Assembly (NCBI GenBank): GCA_020184695.1
Contig: JAANOX010000205.1
Span: 558,001-622,000, forward strand
Reading direction: 5' to 3'
DNA: 64,000 nucleotides
Source: Histomonas meleagridis 2922-C6/04-290x
Lineage: Eukaryota; Protista; Parabasalia
The number at the start of each line of letters is the position of its first letter. Position 1 is the first letter of the stretch. Under the pieces are notes generated by a model that searched no databases, was not told the DNA's origin, and saw only the letters and a program-made list of their open reading frames with translations. Position numbers and translations under genes: made by a program. This document shows positions 1-9,762 of the stretch, in pieces.

Positions 1-318
1 TGCGATTTGAATTGCTGTATAAAATTACTAAAATAATTTCCAAATTATTAAAACATATTACAAATTAATAAAACAAATTCTAAATTATTCAAATGAATAG
101 TTTTTGCATTAACATCAATTCCTTTATCTAAAAGTAGTTTTACTATTTCTATATTATTATTTCTAACTGCTATATGAAGTGCTGTTTCAAATTATTAAAA
201 CAAATCCAAAATTATTCAAATGAATATCTTTTGCATTCACATCGATTCCTTCTTTATCTAAAAGTAATTTTACTATTTCTATATTATTATTTCTAACTGC
301 AATATGAAGTGCTGTTTC
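1..318 (-). CDS. Ankyrin-repeat modules (226-318, 99-188, <1-21) separated by inserts
   Basis: Manual translation: ETALHIAVRNNNIEIVKLLLDKEGIDVNAKD (93 nt), ETALHIAVRNNNIEIVKLLLDKGIDVNAKT (90 nt), YTAIQIA... Confidence 0.9.
22..98 (-). other. 77-nt intron-like insert in ankyrin hairpin (17 + 3x20)
   Basis: Head ATTCATTTGAATAATTT, then AGAATTTGTTTTATTAATTT / GTAATATGTTTTAATAATTT / GGAAATTATTTTAGTAATTT; lies between codons K-T and Y-T-A. Confidence 0.75.
189..225 (-). other. 37-nt intron-like insert in ankyrin hairpin (17 + 20)
   Basis: ATTCATTTGAATAATTT + TGGATTTGTTTTAATAATTT between K-D and E-T-A-L-H; shifts the frame. Confidence 0.75.
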
Positions 319-375
319 AAATTATTAGAATATATTCCAAATTATTAAAACATAATTTAAATTATTCAAACGAAT
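319..375 (-). other. 57-nt intron-like insert in ankyrin hairpin (17 + 2x20)
   Basis: ATTCGTTTGAATAATTT + AAATTATGTTTTAATAATTT + GGAATATATTCTAATAATTT; in frame but contains TAA TAA. Confidence 0.75.
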
Positions 376-1155
376 AGTTTTTGTATTAACATCAATTCCT
401 TTTTGTTCGAAAACATATTTCACAAGTTCAATATTTCCTGATTCTGAAGCAAATGGCAAAATATTTTTTGGAATTTGATTATTTTGGAGGAAATATTTCA
501 AGAGAAATAAATTTCCATTTCTTGCTGATTTATTTATATTATCAGCATTAACATTAATTCCTTTTTCTTCTAAAAATGCTAAAATTTCATAATTATCTTT
601 TTTAATACAAAAACTTATCAAATCATTTGTTTTATCTTTAGACATTTTTGGTATTGATTGTGTTTTTTCTAATTTATTTTCATAAATATATTTAAAGATA
701 TCATTTTTATGAAATTGAATTGCTGCTTCATATGCACCATCAAATGTTGAATGATTTTGTTCACATAAATGAATGATTTCTACATTTCCACCTGAAACTG
801 CATATTTACCTGTATTGTTTACATTTGCTCCATTCATAAGTAAATATTTAAAACATTTAATTGAAGAAAAAAATGCTGCATAATCAATTAATGTAACATT
901 TTCTTGATTAATAAATGAACATCTTTCATAGAGTGATGGTTCAATAGTTTGGTTAAAGTCAAAGTTTGTTTGTGATGACATTTCTTGAAGTTTTTCGATT
1001 TCATCATTTCGAATTATTTTCGCAATTTCATTCAAATTATGTCCTTCTTTAATTAATTGCTTATGAAGCTCCCAATCATTCTTCGATAATTCTTCATAAT
1101 TTTTGAAAAAAGTATCTTCAAAGCCATATTGATTTCTATTAGTTTGAATATACAA
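325..1155 (-). CDS. DUF3447-type ankyrin-repeat protein (parabasalid expanded family); continues as interrupted ankyrin repeats to the window start
   Basis: Family-typical motifs TLIDYAAFFSSIKCFKYLL, AVSGGNVEIIHLCEQ, AAIQFHKNDIF, followed by ankyrin repeats. The ORF 'end' at 325 falls inside an AT-rich insert; ETALHIAVRNNNIEIVKLLL resumes at 318. Confidence 0.88.
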   Translation of the reverse strand: MYIQTNRNQYGFEDTFFKNYEELSKNDWELHKQLIKEGHNLNEIAKIIRNDEIEKLQEMSSQTNFDFNQTIEPSLYERCSFINQENVTLIDYAAFFSSIKCFKYLLMNGANVNNTGKYAVSGGNVEIIHLCEQNHSTFDGAYEAAIQFHKNDIFKYIYENKLEKTQSIPKMSKDKTNDLISFCIKKDNYEILAFLEEKGINVNADNINKSARNGNLFLLKYFLQNNQIPKNILPFASESGNIELVKYVFEQKGIDVNTKTIRLNNLNYVLIIWNIF

Positions 1156-1567
1156 ACTAAATAATGATTAAGTTTGAATAATGATTGAATTTTTTTGGTG
1201 ATATTTAAATCAATTAAATTTTGTTCAATCATTTGTGCTATCACATAATAAGATTCTTGTGTAGTGATTCCAGATATATACTTAATAAAAATTGATATTA
1301 GATTACCACCGATATTTTGATTAATTTCTTCTTCTTTTTTTTGAAGTGTTTTTAAAAAATTTAAGTAAATATCAAATGTATTTCTTTGTAATGAAAATGC
1401 ATTAAATACCAATTTGCATGCAATAATATTAAATGTGTTGGGAAAATTTGAATCGAATATTTTGTGCTAGTATTTGTATTACGTGTTGTTTTCAATTTTT
1501 TAATGCGGTTTTCGAGTTGACTTTTTGTGTTCAATGTTAACTTTTTGTAAGCAAAATATGAATTCAT
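1053..1567 (-). pseudogene. Probable frameshifted 5' part of the DUF3447-ankyrin gene
   Basis: Overlapping short same-strand ORFs (1361-1627, 1053-1412) lead into 325-1155 in different frames; duplicated TATTCAAACT near 1141-1180. Confidence 0.4.
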
Positions 1568-2203
1568 ATTTGAAATCAAAAAATAAAAATATCCAAAAAA
1601 TATACGAATGAATTCACTTAAAGACATGTGGTATAAGGTTTAATCTCTATGTTTATTGATATTTTCGAGTTATATAAAAATCCCATTGTGGAATTTTTCG
1701 CTTACACTCTCCTTGAACCGACAGGGGCAACCAACTTTCCTTATTATAGATTTTTTTTTTTTAATTTTGGAATTATTTATAATGTTCTAAGTATAGCATC
1801 TCCTTAAGCCCACAAAATTCTTAAGCTCAAAATAGGGATTTCCTAAATATTTGTGAAAAGGGCTTTATAAATGGTCATATATAGAATTTTGCCATTTTGA
1901 GCCTCAAATATTTGTATGTAGAAATTATGGGCACCCTTATAATTTCTTATAGCATTATACAAAAATGATATTAACTGACATAGAATGTATCTGGAATGTA
2001 CGATATTATATTAAAGTGAAGAACAAAAAATACATCGAAAAATTCGAAGCATGATGTTTTACAATTAGAAAAAAAAATTGAGAGTCACAAAGGAACACAG
2101 AGTGGTTGACCGTTAATGGAGTTAAAAGAATTTGATCATCAAATTCAAGTAAACGTCTTAAACCGATTTTGAATGGTTGAAGAAAAGTGACATTATAAAA
2201 TCT

Positions 2204-3097
2204 TTAATTTGATGACAGCGAAAACAACCCACTGAAGCTCCTTGCAACATTTGTAGAACGAGGAGTCTTTGGGCTTCTAGTAGGGGTTCTTTTAGGTGTA
2301 GGCACCTTTTTTGGAGTGTTAATAATTGTCGGAAAATCTTCATCGATTTTGTACTGTTTTAAAAATAACAAATCATTGTCTGTGAGCTTCAATCCTAAGT
2401 TAAGCGCCGCCTTTTTTAACACGCATTCAAGCTTGGCAATGACTTTATCAAAGTTTGCATATTCTAATTCAAGCGCTTTTTTCTCTTTTTCTTCGCATAA
2501 CTGATCTTCTCTACGATGCCGTTGCTCAATGACTTCTTTGTTCTTTTCGAACGCGCGTTGTAGGTCTTCTTGACGCTTTGCCGATGATTTCGATCTGCTT
2601 TCAACAGATTCATTGTATAATCTCTCTGCTTCGCTATAATTCCGTGCTTTTGCATTGTACTGAGCTTGCTTTTTTAGATGTGCACTTGTGGGATCATTTC
2701 TGTTAACTTCAAGTTCAAGAGCAGCTGAATAATTATTCGCAAATTTTATCAATTCTTCTGTGTGAACTTGGTGAAGATAAATCTTCCTTTGCTGGTATTC
2801 GCGTTTAATTTCAAAAACAGCCTCCCGAGCAGCTTTAAGATAATTTGTAGCATGTAATTGAATTTCTTCCTTTTTAAGTTGGAACTGAAGCTCATTTTCA
2901 ATTGATTTATTGTCTTGTGTTGTTGTTTCTATCTGTTTTTTAAGTCTATCTATGTGACAATCGATTGCTCTGGTTTTACTAAATTCACAATTTTCGATAG
3001 ATTTTTGTCTTTCTTTTTTTAGTACCTCTAGCTCCTTTTTTAGCTCGTCAATTGTCGCATGGTTAATGGTATTATCTGTTGTTGTTGAAGAAGACAT
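2204..3097 (-). CDS. Coiled-coil hypothetical protein
   Basis: 297-aa ORF with heptad-like E/K/Q-rich helices and a basic P/T/R-rich tail; no family motif recognised. Confidence 0.85.
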   Translation of the reverse strand: MSSSTTTDNTINHATIDELKKELEVLKKERQKSIENCEFSKTRAIDCHIDRLKKQIETTTQDNKSIENELQFQLKKEEIQLHATNYLKAAREAVFEIKREYQQRKIYLHQVHTEELIKFANNYSAALELEVNRNDPTSAHLKKQAQYNAKARNYSEAERLYNESVESRSKSSAKRQEDLQRAFEKNKEVIEQRHRREDQLCEEKEKKALELEYANFDKVIAKLECVLKKAALNLGLKLTDNDLLFLKQYKIDEDFPTIINTPKKVPTPKRTPTRSPKTPRSTNVARSFSGLFSLSSN

Positions 3098-3439
3098 TTG
3101 ATGTTTTTGTCAACAAAATTGAAAACTTTGTCAACATGTTCTAAACGTCAAAAAATAATTTTATAAGAACAAAAAAATTTATGCACCGGGAAAATTAACC
3201 AAAAAATCTTTGTGATTGATTATAAAAATTCATGAAGAATACATATTCGAGCTAATTTTATTATTTCAATTGAAATGTATTTATCAACATTTTTATTTTT
3301 GTCATACATAATAATTTCCAAATTTTTGTAAATAATATATTAAAATGTCAAAAAAATTAAATTTAATCATTCTAAATGAAAGAGATTTTTCTCATCAAAA
3401 ACTTTTTGATGCGAACAAACTTAGTCAATTCACTGTTTG

Positions 3440-5599
3440 ATGAAGAGAAATGCGCCAAATATTTCGATCGATTTTTTTGTCACAAAACCTCCAAAACAAA
3501 TGCCTACAATCGAAGAAATAAATCGCGAAACTAAACAAGGTCTTGTTATTGTGAAATCTCATGTGAATCAAAATACCAAGCATATTACAATTCCTTCAAG
3601 CAACTTAGACATTGCCACAATTAATGAGATGGCTTCCAGCATATGGTCTGAGTTATCACAAGGAATTGATTCTCTTTTTGAAAATGGAATATCATCTATT
3701 AATTGTGCAAAGCTATATCAAGAAGCTGAACGTTACTGTCGCATTCAAAATCCTAAATCACTTTATGATCTTTTAATTCCTCAATTACAAGAAATTGTAA
3801 ATAACTTTATTACAACCATAAGCAGTGACTTGGATCTAAATGGAATTTCAAATTTAATACAAATTTTTGAGCAGAAAATGAATTATCTTCGCCGAATATT
3901 TAGTTATCTTGATCGTGGATATATTTATGCAAAACGTGTTGAAGGCAATTTATCTCTTAATGACTTAATTTATAGTATCCTCAGACATAGCCTCCAAGAA
4001 AACAAGGAATGTATTGATCATATTTTAACACAAATTCAACTTGAGATTAATATATTTCGATGTGAGGAAAATACATCAAAAACTTTCATCAAAACAGCAA
4101 TTGACTTCTTTGATCACTTAGGTTTTTATGATGAACTTATAGAGCCTATGATCTGTGATCAATCCAAAGATTATTATTCGTCAATTAGTCAAGAACTTAC
4201 ACTTTTACCGTTCATCGAATGGTTAAATCATTCGCTTACCAAAGAAAAAGAACTCATTGATGTTGGCGTCAAACAAAGTACTTATAAATTGGTGATGATG
4301 ATTATTCGTCAAACATGTTTAGAATCTAATGTTTCGTTAATATTTGGAAATGAATTCTGTGAAAACTTAGAAGCACAAAATGGTAATGTCATACAAAACA
4401 TATATCAATTCTTCGATGATGATTCAATTCGACATTTATTCCATGAAAACCTCGCAAATTATTACGTACAGTATTCAAAGAAACTTCTTGAAACAGATGA
4501 CATAACAGAAATTATTAGGGGATATTACCATTCATACAAATTTATTAATGAAATATTCCCTGGTAATGATATTATCTCTAAAATATTAACTAAATCATTT
4601 AGCCAAAGCTTTTTGCCGAAGTCAGATCATTTAGCAAAACTTTTTGCTATTCATATGGATAAATGTCAACCAATAACTAAATCTGATAGAGAGTTCCTAA
4701 AACTAAGTAGATCTAAAAGTACTTTCGAATCTGCTTATTCATATTTGCTGATAAAAAGAATATTTTCTTGGATCCCATTTAACATTGATCGTGAAAAAAA
4801 GTTGGTGAAAGTGTTCAAGAAAATCGCAGGACCTGATTACACGAATCGACTTGAAATGATTTTAAAGGATTTGGTCATATCCAAAGAAGTGAATTTTGAT
4901 GGAGAAAATTTTCAAGCGGTTATTTTATCGTCTGAAGTTTTTCCGAACACATCATTTGACAAGGTGAACTTCCCCGATTTTGTGAGAAACGATATGGAAA
5001 AATTTTCTGAAATTTATTTCCAAAATCAGAAAAATCAAAGGAAGGTGATCAATTGGTCCTCAAAACTTTCAATGGTTTTTGGTCAAATATGCGGGGTGCC
5101 CTGCAAAATGAATGGCAATCAGGCGGTTATTCTGCTGTCGGCACAAAACGGAGGAAAAACACTTAGCGAATTAGCGCATGAAACTGGAATTAGTGAAGAT
5201 GAGCTCAGGGATGAATTGGCTTTACTAATGTCAAAGGAGTCATGCTTCCTCATTGTTCAAGATGAAAATAATTATTATCAAATGAATGATAACCCACAAA
5301 TCATTACTAACAAAGATGGTGTGCTTGAGTTACCTGAACTAAATGCTTCAAAGATAGAAAAGGAAAGAGCTTCATTAGAATCAAACATTGAATACATTCA
5401 AAATAATCAAATGCTTTGCGAAATTATCACAAAGCTAAAAGTGTTCAAGGTCTTGCCGTTAAGTGATTTATACAACAAAGTTCTTAAAGTTTTGAGTTTT
5501 GAACCTGGAACCGTAAAATTTTTAAACTGTATTAAAGATCTTGAGAAGAAAGGATTCATCGAAAGGTGTGGAGAGAAACAGTACAAATATTTGCCGTGA
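3440..5599 (+). CDS. Divergent cullin-family protein (Cul4-like N-terminus)
   Basis: Cullin repeat motifs (YLRRIFSYLDRGYI, LAKLFAIHMDK, FESAYSYLLIKRI, GPDYTNRLEMILKDL, INWSSKLS) and C-terminal winged helix (IITKLKVFK...IKDLEKKGFIER). First ATG at 3440. Confidence 0.85.
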   Translation: MKRNAPNISIDFFVTKPPKQMPTIEEINRETKQGLVIVKSHVNQNTKHITIPSSNLDIATINEMASSIWSELSQGIDSLFENGISSINCAKLYQEAERYCRIQNPKSLYDLLIPQLQEIVNNFITTISSDLDLNGISNLIQIFEQKMNYLRRIFSYLDRGYIYAKRVEGNLSLNDLIYSILRHSLQENKECIDHILTQIQLEINIFRCEENTSKTFIKTAIDFFDHLGFYDELIEPMICDQSKDYYSSISQELTLLPFIEWLNHSLTKEKELIDVGVKQSTYKLVMMIIRQTCLESNVSLIFGNEFCENLEAQNGNVIQNIYQFFDDDSIRHLFHENLANYYVQYSKKLLETDDITEIIRGYYHSYKFINEIFPGNDIISKILTKSFSQSFLPKSDHLAKLFAIHMDKCQPITKSDREFLKLSRSKSTFESAYSYLLIKRIFSWIPFNIDREKKLVKVFKKIAGPDYTNRLEMILKDLVISKEVNFDGENFQAVILSSEVFPNTSFDKVNFPDFVRNDMEKFSEIYFQNQKNQRKVINWSSKLSMVFGQICGVPCKMNGNQAVILLSAQNGGKTLSELAHETGISEDELRDELALLMSKESCFLIVQDENNYYQMNDNPQIITNKDGVLELPELNASKIEKERASLESNIEYIQNNQMLCEIITKLKVFKVLPLSDLYNKVLKVLSFEPGTVKFLNCIKDLEKKGFIERCGEKQYKYLP

Positions 5600-5738
5600 G
5601 ATTAGTGCTTCCAACAAAATGACTATGTAAATAAAACAGATAAATATTTTTAGCATTAATATCAATTCCTTCTTGTTCAAGAAGTAATTTAACTATTTCT
5701 GTATGACCTTTTTCAGATGCATAAATAAGTGCTGTTTT

Positions 5739-5835
5739 AAATAATTAAAATAATTTCCAAATATTATTTTGAATTACCAAATAATACTTTGAAGTTCTAA
5801 ATTATTAAAATGATTATCAAATAAAACAAATATAT
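5739..5835 (-). other. 97-nt intron-like insert (17 + 4x20)
   Basis: ATATATTTGTTTTATTT + GATAATCATTTTAATAATTT + AGAACTTCAAAGTATTATTT + GGTAATTCAAAATAATATTT + GGAAATTATTTTAATTATTT. Confidence 0.75.
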
Positions 5836-5928
5836 GCCTTTGATATTAATATCAATTCCCTTTTGTTCAAGAAGTAATTTAACTATTTCTGTATGACCAT
5901 TTCCATATGCCAAAATAAGTGCTGTTTT

Positions 5929-6005
5929 AAATAATTTAAATAATTTCCAAATATTATTTTGAAATATTAAAATATTAATATAAATATTAAATAAAATAAA
6001 TCTGT
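5929..6005 (-). other. 77-nt intron-like insert (17 + 3x20) with degenerate head
   Basis: ACAGATTTATTTTATTT + AATATTTATATTAATATTTT + AATATTTCAAAATAATATTT + GGAAATTATTTAAATTATTT, then AAA ACA GCA CTT. Confidence 0.65.
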
Positions 6006-6318
6006 ACATTTGAAGATACTTCCATTAGTACTGTTTTAAATTATATTGATAACTCTTTTTAATTGCATTAAAAAATGTATTATAAAATAATTTTAAAAAA
6101 TTCCAAATAATATTTTTTTATTTTTTAATATTCGAACAAACACTCAATAAAGTATAAAATCACTTTAATTATTAAAATCAAGAACATTTTCTTTAAGTAA
6201 GTAGTCAAATAGTTATTTATTTACAAAAGTTATTGAAATTTATGAAACTGGACACCTCACAAGAAAATATTGTTTCTCTTGATTTCACAATAAAATTTTC
6301 TTTCTATAGATTTATAGT

Positions 6319-6862
6319 ATGGATCTGATTGGCATTCCTATGTGTGCACGGGTTCTAACTATTGTGGCATTCACTATATGCTTCACACCTTTGATGTTCT
6401 TGTTAATTCACATTATCTTGACTTCCAAATTTTTTAATACAATTATTCATTGTAAATGTCCTGATTCAAATAGGTGGCTTACATGCCCGTGCTGTGAAGG
6501 AAATTGTGTTGATCAGTGTTGGTTATGTAATGGCTGGAAATATTGCACTTGTTTTCCAAAATGCTGTTACGCTTCCTAAGATTACCTTTATTGTGGGTAG
6601 CCATCATGTTGCTGTCAGACAGCATACTTTAGGTGTCCGAGCGAGGAATATTGTTGTTGCCCTGATCCAACAGAAAATTCCATTGAAAGAGCTCGCATGT
6701 CACCTCAACAGGAGACAACTGGTGAATCAGCTGTAACTATTCCAACAGATCAAAACTAATAATAACCCTTATTTCAATGAGGAACAAACATATGCTCAAG
6801 GAGCACAATGTTGCCCATATGCCAACAATGAAATGATCGAGGATAACGTAGTCGTTAATTAA
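6319..6862 (+). pseudogene. Membrane-anchored cysteine-rich protein, disrupted
   Basis: Hydrophobic N-terminus followed by a Cys-rich frame that continues past TAA (6577) and TAG (6598): CCYAS*DYLYCG*PSCCCQTAYFRCPSEEYCCCP. Frameshift near 6755 into TNNNPYFNEEQTYAQGAQCCPY...VVVN*. Confidence 0.65.
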
Positions 6863-7175
6863 CAAAAGAGAAAAATAAATTATTCATGACACATCATAAT
6901 ATTACTATTTGTTAAGATGAAGTTTGATTCATTTACTGTCTTCTACTTAAATCTTGGATGAAACTCCTAATATGGTTTTTAACTTTGGAGCTCTTCGATA
7001 TATAATATACATGCATGATTAATGTTATATTTTAATATAATTGTTGAGTAATATTCATAATAAATAAAGGTAAATTTATTTTTTCATTTCGAAAATTGAA
7101 ACCGTTAACTGGATGTGATGTGACTTGACACTTTTCCTCGACCAAGATTTATTTGAATCGTTTACAAAATCATCG

Positions 7176-7889
7176 ATGTGTGCTCTTTATGAACAGATTC
7201 ACAAAGGGTTCAGTGCCCTACAAACACTAGAACGTAAAGATGAAGAAGAACTTATCCCAGAAGATCCGAATGTTACACTTATTTTTCAACTTTGGGAACC
7301 ATTAAATTATACATCACCATTTCCAATAACAATTGAAATTCCACATTCTCTTCATATTAATTCGTTATTACCGGTTAGAGTTATCACAAAAGATCCACAA
7401 GAAGAATGGAAGGAAAAATTTAAAGAAGCACTTCCTCCATTCCCTTTAAAGGTATATTCAATAACAAAATGGAAGAAAAGATTCAACAGTGCATATGAAA
7501 GACGTAATGTTATTAAAGAAACAAGTGTTTTTGTTGCTGATCGAAGAATAGGATATATATTAGGAGATTCTATTGGAGCTGATTTCTTCGCGAAAAAGAA
7601 GCTACCTGTTCTAGTTGATTTTCCAGATGGTGAAGATGTTCTTAAACCTATTCAACAAGTTTTGGAATGCACAACAGCAACATTACCTAAGGGTTATAAA
7701 TTTGCGTCTGCTGTTGGAAGGTTATCGTGGAATGCGGATGATGTTGCAGATAACTCGGTTGCCGTGATAGATGCAATATTCGAAAAGATTGGCAAAGAAA
7801 AGGTTGCCGCAATCTTTCTTCGAACCCCAGGAAGCACATTGATTCCAGTGTATACAGCAGATATTAAAGAAATAATCACATCTGAGTAA
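7176..7889 (+). CDS. Ribosomal protein L1-domain protein (RSL1D1/Utp30/Cic1-like ribosome biogenesis factor)
   Basis: Motifs FVADRRIGYILGDSIGADFFAKKKLPVLVD, SAVGRLSWNADDVADN, IFLRTPGSTLIPVY. First ATG at 7176. Confidence 0.8.
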   Translation: MCALYEQIHKGFSALQTLERKDEEELIPEDPNVTLIFQLWEPLNYTSPFPITIEIPHSLHINSLLPVRVITKDPQEEWKEKFKEALPPFPLKVYSITKWKKRFNSAYERRNVIKETSVFVADRRIGYILGDSIGADFFAKKKLPVLVDFPDGEDVLKPIQQVLECTTATLPKGYKFASAVGRLSWNADDVADNSVAVIDAIFEKIGKEKVAAIFLRTPGSTLIPVYTADIKEIITSE

Positions 7890-8166
7890 TAAATAAGAAT
7901 ATAAAGTTTTTTAAATTTTTGAAAAATACGTAATGCACTGTTAAAGATTCTTTAAATGTTTTCTTATTATTACTTTAAAAGAAGCTTTTTTAAGATAACT
8001 AATTCATGAATAAAACAAGATATGACAATGTTTGCAATTAAATCATTTTACTAACACAAATATCTAAATAAGATAACTTATACATATTACTTAATTTTTA
8101 CAAACAACAAAACCGTTGAAGTTTCTAAAACTATTGATCGGCTTAACCGCCTTTGTGGATGAAATT

Positions 8167-9762
8167 TCATTCAATTTCTGACTCAGATTCTGTATCGTAT
8201 GACGATTCCCAGTATGAATCCCTTGAGACAATATGAACTTGATGTATATAAGCAACTGTCGCTATACAAGATGTGAACACGATCCACATTCCTGCTGCGG
8301 TGATCACTCCTACATAAAAGAATCCAAGCCATGCAACACGATTTGTACCATCATCAATAATTATGAAGAAATCATCGATCGAATCACCCATACCACTGGT
8401 GATCATGCGCTGTACCAGGTATCTGAAAGTTTCGAAGGAGTCATCGATGAATCCAAATGTAAATATTCCAAATAGTGAAAGTCCAGTTACAATTGGAAGA
8501 ATACCAATGACAAGGTAAACAAGGCGCATTGCAGCTTCACGAAGGATGACAATGAGCTGATAAAATGGAAGATAGGATCCAAACCATTGATTTAATCGGA
8601 CAAACGAAAAGAATGTTGTAACAGAAATGAATTCTATGCTGACCTGAGATGGAAATTGTGTCATAACAAGGGAGTCAGAAAAAAGATAAATTGATGATGA
8701 AATTGTAAAGATTGTGGAAATGAGATCAATTGTCCGCCAATACCCAATAGAAAAGTGATACTGATCTTTAGTGTTAAGATGACGGTACTCAGGTGTACTC
8801 TTAACCATTTGTTGATGAGTTTTGAAACATTGATAAAGCTTGATAAGAAGGAGAATAAAGTGCAAAATAGATAAGATGATAAGCTCAAGTGAGAACCAGT
8901 AAGTGAATCGGTACATTTGGATATCATATTTTGAAAATAATGGAATATCTGAATCTACAGCAAGGTGAAGATGTTCTCTTTTCCCTTTAGCAACGACACC
9001 ATTAGAAGGTTTTTTAAAGAAATTTGTCTTTTTTGTTTGTTTCTTTTTGTTTCTTTGGAGCGGTTTCTGGCGGTTAATTTTTTTGAATTGTTTATTTGGC
9101 ACTTTTTGTAAAGGAAAGCCTTCAAACGAATGATGAGAAAAACCATCATAAAACACTGAAAGGTTACAATGTTGGCTTTTCGTTGATGATTTCGCTGCAA
9201 AAAAGCTAAGGCCTTTTTTAGAAAAAAAATTGGTTTCAATTAACCATCTTGTACATCCAGTTGTAGCTTTTGCATTGGAAATGGTACGTAAATCAAGGGA
9301 AAGTTTAATGTTAGTGATATGAGTGAAAAAACCAAGATCAAGGTCATCAGGTATAGGACCTATTGTTTTTGTTCCATTAATCCAATCAATTTCACATAAA
9401 ATATCCTCTGATCTAGGAGTTAAACTTATGTTAAGAAAAGAGTTATTAAGGATATTGTAAAAATTATCATAAAGTGTATCAAAATAATCTGTAACATAAT
9501 CAATCGTTGAAATAGCACTTTCATCATCTTCTGTGTCATAATAAAAAGATTCTACAAAAACTTGTCGATGCATAAAGTAATAGTAAACTGTTGGTTCGAT
9601 AATTTTAAAATAGAAAAAGAGAAGAATAAATAATTCTAATAAATGATAAATTGTAGCCCATGGAGGATTAAAGTAACGTTTCCATTTGAATTGGATTCCA
9701 TAGTGCCAGAACGGATTACTTGTAGGAATTTTATGGCGAACAAATCTAAATCGAATCGCCAT
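8167..9762 (-). CDS. Mucolipin (TRPML)/polycystin-like cation channel
   Basis: N-terminal NPFWHY..PWATI motif, S1 followed by a large luminal loop, five further hydrophobic segments, pore-like FETFRYLVQRMITSGMGDSIDD, S6 WIVFTSCIATVAY. Confidence 0.75.
   Translation of the reverse strand: MAIRFRFVRHKIPTSNPFWHYGIQFKWKRYFNPPWATIYHLLELFILLFFYFKIIEPTVYYYFMHRQVFVESFYYDTEDDESAISTIDYVTDYFDTLYDNFYNILNNSFLNISLTPRSEDILCEIDWINGTKTIGPIPDDLDLGFFTHITNIKLSLDLRTISNAKATTGCTRWLIETNFFSKKGLSFFAAKSSTKSQHCNLSVFYDGFSHHSFEGFPLQKVPNKQFKKINRQKPLQRNKKKQTKKTNFFKKPSNGVVAKGKREHLHLAVDSDIPLFSKYDIQMYRFTYWFSLELIILSILHFILLLIKLYQCFKTHQQMVKSTPEYRHLNTKDQYHFSIGYWRTIDLISTIFTISSSIYLFSDSLVMTQFPSQVSIEFISVTTFFSFVRLNQWFGSYLPFYQLIVILREAAMRLVYLVIGILPIVTGLSLFGIFTFGFIDDSFETFRYLVQRMITSGMGDSIDDFFIIIDDGTNRVAWLGFFYVGVITAAGMWIVFTSCIATVAYIHQVHIVSRDSYWESSYDTESESEIE

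Larger units (their letters stand above)
5629..6040 (-). pseudogene. Orphan ankyrin-repeat modules with inserts, no N-terminal domain
   Basis: KTALILAYGNGHTEIVKLLLEQKGIDINIKG (5836-5928) and KTALIYASEKGHTEIVKLLLEQEGIDINAKN (5646-5738), plus a truncated repeat KTVLMEVSSN upstream. Confidence 0.8.

Noticed and set aside
182-230. Canonical or AT-AC splicing using the ACAG in the Thr-Ala codons as acceptor
   Set aside because: No conserved GT donor; it would delete the T of TALH; and the AG is absent at the kinase (ACTG) and 25.9-kb (ACAC/ACGG) loci. Not excluded without cDNA, but disfavoured.
1630-2150. Intergenic patch with short GC-rich motifs as a transposon remnant
   Set aside because: No terminal inverted repeats, target-site duplication or transposase fragment found.
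22-6005. Ankyrin inserts read as CRISPR-like repeat/spacer arrays
   Set aside because: The 'spacers' are near-identical ankyrin coding modules, the repeats are degenerate and non-palindromic, there are no cas genes, and the context is eukaryotic.
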